Shown: piece by piece, positions 27,410 to 35,739 of the stretch
Layout of the letters: each line of letters begins with the position of its first letter
Numbering within the stretch: the first letter of the stretch is position 1
Assembly: GCA_934096735.1 (NCBI GenBank)
Contig: CAKOMS010000002.1
Location: 19,073 to 83,072, forward strand
Length of the DNA: 64,000 nt
Origin: an uncultured Bacilli bacterium
Lineage (GTDB): Bacteria > Bacillota_I > Bacilli_A > RF39 > UBA660
Direction: 5' to 3'
Made by a program: the position numbers and the translations under genes
Notes under the pieces: model-generated
Database searches by the model: none
The model's input: the letters and a program-made list of their open reading frames with translations, nothing else
Told to the model about the DNA's origin: nothing

Positions 27410-29440
27410 ATGAGCAAAAATAGCTTCCGGGGGGGGGTTGTGAAACTCCTTCTTGGAATAGAAATAGTAACTTTATTTTTAGGGATTAAGAGTTTTGGTA
27501 ATAGACCATCAGAAAAATTAGATGATATAAAACTGCTACAAGCCATACATAAAAATAGTTTATATGCAGTAATGGTAGATGATGGGTCAGGTAATTATAC
27601 TGAAGGAAATGACTTTCCAATAGAAGGTTACATATTTAATAAAGAAAAATCAAAATGTATAGATTCAAATGGAAATACTTTAAATGATGAATTAAATTTT
27701 GTAAATGGTAATGTTGAAGTAACACTAGGTAAAACAGCATTTTGTTATTTATATTTTGATAAAAACAGTGAAACAATAATAACTTTAACAGTTACAAATG
27801 GTGTTGAGTCATATCAAACTGTACAATTTGAAGCAGCAGATGAAGACGGAATTGCAGGTGTTTACTACGGAATGGATAACCCAGAAGATACTGAAGTAAA
27901 TTATTCGGAAATAAGTGATGGTTCAACAACTAAATCTGTACAATTTATTGCAAGAGCATATGGTATTTATTATTTTTCGGTAAAAGATATACATGGTATG
28001 GTTACTACAACAAGTAGAGAATTTTTTGAGACGAAATTTAGCGTAGAAAATGGATCAGTAACACCAGCAAGTGTTATAACTTTAAAAGGTAATTCATTTG
28101 CATTACCTACTCCTAGAGCTAAGCCAGGATATACCGTAAGTACAACATGGCACGGAAATGGAACAACTTATGCAATCGGAAGTACATATACACCAACAAC
28201 AAATTCAACATTAACGGCAAATTCAAGTCAAAATAGATATAATGTAACTTTAACAATAACAAATGGAACAACTACAAGCGTAAATCCACAAGCAGTATTA
28301 CATGGTAGTTCGGCTTCATTTGCAATAACACCAAATACTGGATATGATTTAGTATTAGCAAGTGATACATGTAGTGGAACATTATCAGGATCAACCTATA
28401 CAGTAAGTAATGTTACATCAGCAAAAAGTTGTGCAATAACGCTTAAAAAGAAAACTTATAGTGTAAAAATAACAGTAACAAATGGTTCGACGAGCAGTAC
28501 AAATCCCCAAACAGTAGAACATGGTGGTTCAGCAAAATTCACAATATCAGCAAAGAGTGGATATCAATTATCATTATCATCGAATGGATGTGGTGGAACA
28601 CTATCAGGAAGTACTTACACAATTAGTAACGTAACTAGTGCAAAAACTTGTACAATAGTACTAAAAACAGCTTTAGCAGGTGATGCAATAAAAGCATTAA
28701 AACCAACCGGACTTGAAACAGTAGCAAGAGATGGGTTATATAGATTTGTAGGATCATCAAACAACTACGTATGCTTAGGGACTTGTAGTGACACTACAAA
28801 ATATAGAATAATTGGAATAACAGATGGTTCAAGTGGTAACACTAATTTAGGAATAAGTTCTGGACAATTAAAAATAAGAAGAGCAGTAGCCTTTGGAAAA
28901 ACAACATGGGGTGTCGACGACTGGTACAGCACAAAATGGGTTGATGCAAATTACTGGCAAGCCAAAACAGTTTATACTTATTTGAATATTACGAATAAAT
29001 CATCAATAATACCAAGTGGATGGAGTGACAAAATTTCTTCGGTTAAATGGAACATGGGAGATGTTAGAACTTTAGGAACCGGTAATGCAACATATAAATT
29101 AGAAGCGGCTGATCCAACTACAGATACATCACAAATAGGATTAATATATTTAAGCGATTATTTATATAGTGAAACAGCAGGAGGAACTACAATTTGTTAT
29201 GGAACAACATATTGTACAAATTCATGGATGAGACCTTCAGCAGGTTTTCAGGAATGGACAATGGGATATTATGGAGAAGAAGATAACAAAGGTAGAGCCT
29301 GGTCACTTATTAATAACCACGCAATATATCAAGTAAGGAGTTTATCACGTGATGTATATCCAGTATTTTATTTAAAAAATACTGTATCATTTACAGGAAC
29401 TGGAAATGGAACATCTTCAAACCCATATATTTTATCTTAA
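27410..29440 (+). CDS. Large surface protein, family member A (signal-anchor, conserved N-module, InlB-B-repeat-like modules, C-terminal W..RPA..PY domain)
   Basis: 676 aa. The N-terminal TM is VVKLLLGIEIVTLFLGI. It has 73-aa modules with conserved Cys pairs (..NPQ..HG.SA.F.I....GY.......C.GTLSGSTYT.SNVTS...C.I.LK). The C-terminal domain ends VYPVFYLKNTVSFTGTGNGTSSNPYILS. Confidence 0.85.
   Translation: MSKNSFRGGVVKLLLGIEIVTLFLGIKSFGNRPSEKLDDIKLLQAIHKNSLYAVMVDDGSGNYTEGNDFPIEGYIFNKEKSKCIDSNGNTLNDELNFVNGNVEVTLGKTAFCYLYFDKNSETIITLTVTNGVESYQTVQFEAADEDGIAGVYYGMDNPEDTEVNYSEISDGSTTKSVQFIARAYGIYYFSVKDIHGMVTTTSREFFETKFSVENGSVTPASVITLKGNSFALPTPRAKPGYTVSTTWHGNGTTYAIGSTYTPTTNSTLTANSSQNRYNVTLTITNGTTTSVNPQAVLHGSSASFAITPNTGYDLVLASDTCSGTLSGSTYTVSNVTSAKSCAITLKKKTYSVKITVTNGSTSSTNPQTVEHGGSAKFTISAKSGYQLSLSSNGCGGTLSGSTYTISNVTSAKTCTIVLKTALAGDAIKALKPTGLETVARDGLYRFVGSSNNYVCLGTCSDTTKYRIIGITDGSSGNTNLGISSGQLKIRRAVAFGKTTWGVDDWYSTKWVDANYWQAKTVYTYLNITNKSSIIPSGWSDKISSVKWNMGDVRTLGTGNATYKLEAADPTTDTSQIGLIYLSDYLYSETAGGTTICYGTTYCTNSWMRPSAGFQEWTMGYYGEEDNKGRAWSLINNHAIYQVRSLSRDVYPVFYLKNTVSFTGTGNGTSSNPYILS
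27429..27437 (+). repeat. G9 homopolymer in codons 7-10 of gene A (in frame)
   Basis: Counted directly: ttcc-GGGGGGGGG-ttgtg. Confidence 0.95.
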
Positions 29441-29451
29441 AATTCTTATAG

Positions 29452-29475
29452 GAGAGCAATAACGCTCTTTTTTTG
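29452..29475 (+). terminator. Terminator after gene A
   Basis: GAGAGC-aataac-GCTCTT plus 7 T. Confidence 0.6.
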
Positions 29476-29515
29476 TTATTTATTATTTCATTAGAAAGAA
29501 ACAAAAAACAATAAC

Positions 29516-29604
29516 TTGAATAAAAATAAATTTTATAGTATTCTATTAATAGAAAGATAGAAAATAAGTAAGAAGAAACATTTACTTACTCGGAGGTTGA
29601 TAAA
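29516..29604 (+). promoter_or_regulatory. Conserved promoter/leader of surface-protein family (copy B)
   Basis: TTGAAT-17-TATTCT and a leader nearly identical to the copy at 53403. Confidence 0.6.
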
Positions 29605-29622
29605 ATGAGCAAAAACAGCTTC

Positions 29623-29631
29623 GGGGGGGGG
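29623..29631 (+). repeat. G9 homopolymer in gene B (out of frame)
   Basis: Counted directly: ttc-GGGGGGGGG-ttgtga. It lacks the C that precedes the tract in A and D. Confidence 0.95.
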
Positions 29632-30632
29632 TTGTGAAACTCCTTCTTGGAATAGAAGTAATAACTTTATTTTTAGGGATTAAGAGTTTTGGTAATAAAA
29701 ATAACAGATTAGATGATATTAAATTATTAGATAGTAAATCTGATAATCTTTTTGCAATTATGATAAAGGATGCTAGTGGTAATTATAATGAATCAAGTAC
29801 ATTTCCAACTGGAGCATATGTACTTAATGAAACAATGTCATCATGTGTAGATAATAATGGTAATAAGATAGATAATGTACTTAGTTATAGTGATGGAGTA
29901 GTATCATCAAGAACAAATAAGACAGTATATTGTTATTTATATTTTGATAAAAACAGTGAAACAATATTAACAATAACAGCTTCAAATGGTGTTGAGTCAT
30001 TTCAAACTGTACAATTTGAAGCAGAAGATGAAAACGGAATTGCAGGTGTTTACTACGGAATGGATAACCCAGAAGATACTGAAGTAAATTATTCGGAAAT
30101 AAGTGATGGTTCAACAACTAAATCTGTACAATTTATTGCAAGAGCATATGGTATTTATTATTTTTCGGTAAAAGATATACATGGTATGGTTACTACAACA
30201 AGTAGAGAATTTTTTGAGACGAAATTTAGCGTAGAAAATGGATCAGTAACACCAGCAAGTGTTATAACTTTAAAAGGTAATTCATTTGCATTACCTACTC
30301 CTAGAGCTAAGCCAGGATATACCGTAAGTACAACATGGCACGGAAATGGAACAACTTATGCAATCGGAAGTACATATACACCAACAACAAATTCAACATT
30401 AACGGCAAATTCAAGTCAAAATAGATATAATGTAACTTTAACAATAACAAATGGAACAACTACAAGCGTAAATCCACAAGCAGTATTACATGGTAGTTCG
30501 GCTTCATTTGCAATAACACCAAATACTGGATATGATTTAGTATTAGCAAGTGATACATGTAGCGGAACATTATCAGGATCAACCTATACAGTAAGTAATA
30601 TCACATCAGCAAAAAATTGTGCAATAACGCTT

Positions 30633-31070
30633 AAAAAGAAAACATATACGTTTAGAATAAGTTTAGGTAATGCTACCACAAGTAGTACAAACCCACAAAC
30701 AATAGAACATGGAGGAAGTGCAACGTATGTAATAAATCCAAAAGATGGTTATGATTATGTGGCATCAAGTGATACCTGTGGAGGAACATTTAGTGGTAAA
30801 AATTATATCATACCAAATATTACATCAGATACAAAATGTACACTTGTACTTAAAAAGAAAACATATACGTTTAGAATAAGTTTAGGTAATGCTACCACAA
30901 GTAGTACAAATCCACAAACAATAGAACATGGAGGAAGTGCAACGTATGTAATAAATCCAAAAGAAGGTTATGATTATGTAGCATCAAGTGATACTTGTGG
31001 AGGAACATTTAATGGTAAAAATTATATCATACCAAATATTACATCAGATACAAAATGTACACTTGTACTT
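30633..31070 (+). repeat. Two tandem 219-bp (73-codon) near-identical repeats inside gene B
   Basis: AAAAAGAAAACATATACGTTTAGAATAAG... restarts at 30633, 30852 and (diverged) 31071. Only a few mismatches between the two units were seen by eye. Confidence 0.9.
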
Positions 31071-31349
31071 AAAAAGAAAAGCTATAAAATATCATTATTA
31101 GTTAGAAGACGTATTTCGACTGGTGCAGTTCAAAATACTCGGGAATCTCTAACGGTGAATCACGGAGAAAATGCAGTATTTTCAGTATATAATGAAGATG
31201 GTAATTATAATTTATATAATTCATATTTGAATACCAATACTTGTGGAGGAGTCTTTACAAAAGCTAATAATAAAATGACATACACTTTAAGTAACGTAAC
31301 AAGTGATATGGAATGTGAAATACTAGTTACATATAATGGAACTTACTAA

Positions 31350-31556
31350 GATGCAAAAAAATCATCACAATTTGATGTGAACCATGTCTAGGAGACATCA
31401 ATAGTTACTATATATATTAATATGTATAAAGAATATAGTTCACAAAAAAGTAGTAGATATACTCCACCATACTCATCATTAATTATATAAAAAAATACTG
31501 TATCATTTACAGGAACTGGTAATGGAACATCTTCAAACCCATATATTTTATCCTAG
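31350..31556 (+). pseudogene. Decayed 3' remnant of a family member
   Basis: 31490-31556 encodes KNTVSFTGTGNGTSSNPYILS*, identical to the end of gene C. Upstream sequence (..agtagat..) shows only degraded similarity with stops. Confidence 0.7.
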
Positions 31557-31604
31557 TAATATTGGAATATAGATTTAATAACTGATTCGATTATAAATTA
31601 ATTG

Positions 31605-31640
31605 AAAAACTTATATATAAAATTTATATAAGTTTTTTAA
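31605..31640 (+). terminator. Rho-independent terminator (duplicated at 39569-39604)
   Basis: AAAACTTATATA-taaaat-TATATAAGTTTT plus T. Confidence 0.75.
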
Positions 31641-31642
31641 TT

Positions 31643-31672
31643 GAATAAATAATTGAAACTTCGTCCATAATT
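31643..31672 (+). promoter_or_regulatory. Forespore (sigma-F/sigma-G type) promoter of sigG
   Basis: GAATA-18 nt-CATAATT fits the published G(C/A)ATA ... CATxxTA consensus. An identical copy lies at 39607-39636. Confidence 0.5.
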
Positions 31673-31690
31673 TTATTGGAAGGTAAAATT

Positions 31691-32467
31691 ATGGCAAAAT
31701 ACAAAGTAGATATTAGTGGAGTAAATACAAGTGAATTAAAAGTTTTAAAAAACGACGAAATAAGAGAATTATTTATAAGACTTAAAAATGGAGATACTTC
31801 TGCTAAAGAAGAATTAGTAAATGGAAACTTAAAATTAGTTTTATCAATACTTGGAAAATATTCAAATAGTAAATATAACATGGATGATTTATTTCAAGTA
31901 GGAGTAATTGGTTTAATAAAAGCAATTGATAATTTTGACATTTCTCTTAACTTAAGATTATCAACCTATGCAGTCCCACTAATAATTGGAGAAATAAAAA
32001 GATATATTAGAGACAACACAGAAATAAGAATTAGCAGAAGCATAAAAGATTTAGCATATAAAATAATCAAATTTCAAGATGAGTATACAATAATCCATGG
32101 CTTTCCTCCAAAAAATGAAGAAATATGTGAAAGCCTAGGAATAGATGAATACGAAATATCTTATGCACTCGATGCCTTAAGAGATCCCACTAGTATATTT
32201 GAGCCAATTTACAATGATGGCGGAGACACAATCTTCTTACAAGATCAAATCGCAGACAAAAGAGAAATAGATAAAGATAGAGATATGTTAATTTCACTTA
32301 GAAGAGCACTTCAAAAAATAAAAGAAAAAGAAAAAAATATTTTAATATCTAGATTCATTATAGGAAAAACACAAACAGAAATTGCAGATTCTTTAGGTAT
32401 AAGTCAAGCACAAGTTTCTAGAATAGAGAAAAATGCTATTACTAATGTTAGAAAACTTATAAAGTAA
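31691..32467 (+). CDS. sigG: Sporulation sigma factor SigG
   Basis: MAKYKVDISGVNTSELKVLKNDEIRELF..AKEELVNGNLKLVLS..DDLFQVGVIGLIKAIDNFD closely parallels Bacillus SigG. Confidence 0.9.
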   Translation: MAKYKVDISGVNTSELKVLKNDEIRELFIRLKNGDTSAKEELVNGNLKLVLSILGKYSNSKYNMDDLFQVGVIGLIKAIDNFDISLNLRLSTYAVPLIIGEIKRYIRDNTEIRISRSIKDLAYKIIKFQDEYTIIHGFPPKNEEICESLGIDEYEISYALDALRDPTSIFEPIYNDGGDTIFLQDQIADKREIDKDRDMLISLRRALQKIKEKEKNILISRFIIGKTQTEIADSLGISQAQVSRIEKNAITNVRKLIK

Positions 32468-32492
32468 CATATAATTTATAAAAGGTGATTTT

Positions 32493-32714
32493 ATGTTATT
32501 AAGTGAATTACAATTAAAAGATATAATTAATGTTAAAGATGGAAATAATTTAGGAAGAATAGTTGATGCAAAAGTAGATGAAACAGGTAAAATTACATAC
32601 TTTATTGCAGAAGAAAAAAAACTATTGAGAAAAGTAACTAGAGGAGGAGAAGTAACTTTTACATTTGCATCAATTGAAAAAATAGGTGAAGATGTAATAC
32701 TTGTTAATTTGTAA
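32493..32714 (+). CDS. YlmC/YmxH-family sporulation protein (PRC-barrel)
   Basis: LSELQLKDIINVKDGNNLGRIVDAKVDETGKI. Confidence 0.75.
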   Translation: MLLSELQLKDIINVKDGNNLGRIVDAKVDETGKITYFIAEEKKLLRKVTRGGEVTFTFASIEKIGEDVILVNL

Positions 32715-32781
32715 TACTTTTTCTTAAAGACAAAAATTTGCTCGTTACTAAACAATATGTTATAATAAACTTGTGATAAAT

Positions 32782-33297
32782 ATGAAAGAAAAGATTCACA
32801 ATATAACAAAAAAGATACATAAAAACAAAAACATATTAATTTTAATTATGTCTTTATTTTTATTGTCTGCAGATATTTTTACAAAATATTTAATAAATAC
32901 AAATTTTAAGTTATTGGAAACAAAAGTAATAATAGTAGATTTTTTTTCAATTACTAAAATTTATAATGAAGGAGCAAGTTGGAATATATTATCTGGTTAT
33001 AAATATATACTTATAATAATTGCTATAATTATGCTTATTACGCTTTATTATTACCAAAAAAAGTTTAAATTAAATGATAGAAATGTAATTGCATTTTCAG
33101 CAGTGTATGCTGGAATACTTGGAAACTTAATTGACAGAATTATATACGGCTCAGTAATTGATTTTTTAGATTTTCATATTTTCAACTATGACTTTCCAGT
33201 ATTTAATCTTGCAGATATATTAATTGTACTTGGAATTTTTTTACTTATTATTGCAATATTAAAAAAGGAAGATATTAATGAATTTGATAGTAACTAA
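32782..33297 (+). CDS. lspA: Lipoprotein signal peptidase II
   Basis: NEGASWNIL and VIDFLDF...FPVFNLADI motifs. The start is ATG 32782 or GTG 32773. Confidence 0.85.
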   Translation: MKEKIHNITKKIHKNKNILILIMSLFLLSADIFTKYLINTNFKLLETKVIIVDFFSITKIYNEGASWNILSGYKYILIIIAIIMLITLYYYQKKFKLNDRNVIAFSAVYAGILGNLIDRIIYGSVIDFLDFHIFNYDFPVFNLADILIVLGIFLLIIAILKKEDINEFDSN

Positions 33298-34159
33298 CGA
33301 AGATGAAAGAATAGATAAATATATAAGTAATAATACAGATTATAGTAGAGAACTTGTAACAAAAATGATTAAAGATAATTATATCTTAGTTAATGGTAAT
33401 TCTATTAAACCAAGTTATAAAACAAAATTGAATGATGAAATAACTATTGATGAGTCATACATTCAAACAGACGAAATAGTACCTGAATATATTCCTTTAA
33501 ATATAGTTTATGAAGATGAATATTTAATGGTTATTAATAAACAAAGTGGAATTGTAGTACATCCTGGAGCAGGCAATAAAGATAATACCTTAGTAAATGG
33601 ATTAAAATATTACACAGAAAGTTTAAGTGACTTAGGAGGCTCAGTTAGAAGCGGGATAGTTCATAGACTTGATAAAGATACAAGCGGACTTATGTTAGTA
33701 GCAAAAACAAATAAAGTACATGAATTATTAAGTGATGACTTTAAAAATAAAAGAGTTTATAGAGAATATTATGCACTTTTAATAGGTAATTTTCCAAGTA
33801 ATACAGCCTTTATTGATGCTCCAATCGGAAGAAGTAAAGAAAATTACAATAAAATGGTTGTAACAAAAGATGGAAAACCAGCAAGAACTCACTTAAAAGT
33901 ATTAAAAAGATATAAAGATTATACTTTAGTTAGTTTAGTATTAGAAACAGGTAGAACTCATCAAATAAGAGTACATATGAGTTATATTGGTTATCCAATA
34001 TATAATGATCCAGTATATGTTAATAAAAAAGCTACTGAATTTGGTCAATTTTTACATTCAAAAAACATTAAATTTACTCATCCAATAACCAAAGAAGTTT
34101 TAGAGTTTACTAGTGATCTACCTAAAGAATTTCAAGATTTTATAGATGGTTTAGAGTAA
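33278..34159 (+). CDS. rluD: RluA-family 23S rRNA pseudouridine synthase (RluD-like)
   Basis: S4 domain at the N-terminus, HRLDKDTSGLMLVAK catalytic motif, and GRTHQIRVH. Confidence 0.85.
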   Translation: MNLIVTNEDERIDKYISNNTDYSRELVTKMIKDNYILVNGNSIKPSYKTKLNDEITIDESYIQTDEIVPEYIPLNIVYEDEYLMVINKQSGIVVHPGAGNKDNTLVNGLKYYTESLSDLGGSVRSGIVHRLDKDTSGLMLVAKTNKVHELLSDDFKNKRVYREYYALLIGNFPSNTAFIDAPIGRSKENYNKMVVTKDGKPARTHLKVLKRYKDYTLVSLVLETGRTHQIRVHMSYIGYPIYNDPVYVNKKATEFGQFLHSKNIKFTHPITKEVLEFTSDLPKEFQDFIDGLE

Positions 34160-34471
34160 ACTTACAATACTACTAAATGTAAATACTGTAAAAAAGAAAT
34201 AAGGAAGACTAAGTATTTTTAAAGAACCAGTTGTACTTTTAATACATCTTATTAAAAGATAAGAAAATATCATAAGAGTAAAACTTAAAAGCAAACTAAG
34301 TACTAAATTTCTATCATAACTAAATAAAATCGATAACATAAAAAGTAAAATATAATTACTAAGAAGTAAAAATAACAATCCATCTGACATCTTATTATTC
34401 CAAATAATTTTTATGACTGGAACTAAAAGATAAATTATAGAAAAAACGTAAACAATAAAATATAAATTCAT
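34151..34471 (-). CDS. Hypothetical small membrane protein
   Basis: Three hydrophobic segments and no motif. Confidence 0.35.
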   Translation of the reverse strand: MNLYFIVYVFSIIYLLVPVIKIIWNNKMSDGLLFLLLSNYILLFMLSILFSYDRNLVLSLLLSFTLMIFSYLLIRCIKSTTGSLKILSLPYFFFTVFTFSSIVSLL

Positions 34472-34529
34472 ATTATCACCCTTTACTAATAATATGAACT
34501 AGTTTAAAATAATATGAGAAGGAGTGCAT

Positions 34530-35678
34530 ATGAGTACAATCATTGAAAGAAAAGATGAAACAATAATGAGTTTAGTTCATTATTTTGTAACCGAAGAAAA
34601 CTATACACCAATAAATGTTCAAGGTGCAAATAATGAAATTTGGCTTGAAAATCTCTCTGCAAAATACAAAATAGTTAGAATTAATTCAAAATATATACAT
34701 AATGATGAACAATATAAATTTGATATATTTAAAATGCAATATATAATAAAACAAATAAAAAGAAAAACATTATCAATTAAAATGAATGCTTTAAATATTT
34801 GTTTAGATTTAGGTGATTATGTAACTTTAAATGATAATCCATCAAATATAATTGATACAGTAAAAGTAAGTGATTTAACAAGTGTTAAAAAAAATGAATT
34901 TTTAAGTAGTATATTTCCCAAACTAAAAACAAATAGTTTAAAGAAAACTACAAATATTGAAGATGTCATCGAAGTAACTGATGACATCAATAAAAAAACT
35001 GAAGAAGAAAATACAAAGTTTGAAAAAGTATTTAAACCTAAAAAAATAGTAATAACTTATATATTAATTGGTATAAATATTATAATGTATCTATTAAGTT
35101 TATTTATTACAAATAATTTTAATGCAGCTTTAATTATACTAGGTGCAAATAATAGAGCTCTTGTATTAGGTGGAGATTATTATAGACTTATAACAAGTGC
35201 ATTCTTACATGGTTCATTATTACATTTACTTGTTAATATGTATTCACTTTTAGTAATTGGAAAAGAAGTAGAAACCTACTTAGGTAAAACAAAATTTCTA
35301 CTAATATATTTACTAAGTGCTTTTATGGGAAGTTTGTTAAGTATAGTATTACATGATAATACAATTGGTATAGGAGCAAGTGGAGCAATATTCGGTCTTC
35401 TTGGTTCATTATTATATTTTGGATATCATTACAGATTATATTTAGCAAGTAGTCTAACAAGTCAAATAATTCCAATAATTATATTAAATTTAATATTTGG
35501 ATTTATGACTCCAGGCATTGATAATGCTTGTCATATCGGAGGATTAATTGGTGGTTACTTATCTACTATGATAGTAGGTATAGAATATAAAAGTACAAAG
35601 AGTGATACTATTAATGGTATTGTAGTATATTTGTTATTAGTAATATTCTTAATCTATGCATTATTTAATTTAGTATAG
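34530..35678 (+). CDS. Rhomboid-family intramembrane serine protease with cytoplasmic N-domain
   Basis: HGSLLHLLVNM, GASGAIFGLLG (catalytic Ser) and CHIGGLIGG (catalytic His). GAAGGAG precedes ATG 34530. Confidence 0.85.
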   Translation: MSTIIERKDETIMSLVHYFVTEENYTPINVQGANNEIWLENLSAKYKIVRINSKYIHNDEQYKFDIFKMQYIIKQIKRKTLSIKMNALNICLDLGDYVTLNDNPSNIIDTVKVSDLTSVKKNEFLSSIFPKLKTNSLKKTTNIEDVIEVTDDINKKTEEENTKFEKVFKPKKIVITYILIGINIIMYLLSLFITNNFNAALIILGANNRALVLGGDYYRLITSAFLHGSLLHLLVNMYSLLVIGKEVETYLGKTKFLLIYLLSAFMGSLLSIVLHDNTIGIGASGAIFGLLGSLLYFGYHYRLYLASSLTSQIIPIIILNLIFGFMTPGIDNACHIGGLIGGYLSTMIVGIEYKSTKSDTINGIVVYLLLVIFLIYALFNLV

Positions 35679-35739
35679 GCATATATCTTACTCGCTTTTA
35701 AGAATTTCGCATATCTTATTAGTAGAGGAGATATTTTTT

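Larger units (their letters stand above)
29605..31349 (+). pseudogene. Surface-protein family member B, frameshifted at the poly-G tract (phase-OFF or pseudogene)
   Basis: ATG 29605 gives MSKNSFGGGL then TGA at 29635. The 571-aa body continues in the -1 frame from 29634. One extra G (or the C present in A and D) would restore a full ORF. Confidence 0.8.
31490..31733 (+). repeat. 244-bp direct repeat, copy 1 (family-gene 3' end, terminator, sigG promoter, RBS and first 14 codons)
   Basis: Matches 39454-39697 with one mismatch seen (31498 t versus 39462 a). Confidence 0.95.

Noticed and set aside
27410-27500. The idea that the surface-protein family members are type IV (pseudo)pilins processed by the nearby prepilin peptidase.
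   Set aside because: The N-termini lack the (K/R)G|(F/M)T(L/I)xE motif. The conserved Glu is at about +9/+10 from any candidate Gly, and member C has no Gly at all. This is kept only as a question in the findings.
29634-31349. Treating GTG 29634 as the ordinary annotated start of gene B, as in the ORF track.
   Set aside because: The upstream 29 nt, including ATG 29605, the RBS and the leader, are homologous to the starts of A and D. The simpler reading is a frameshift at the G-tract. The GTG option is kept only as a hypothesis.
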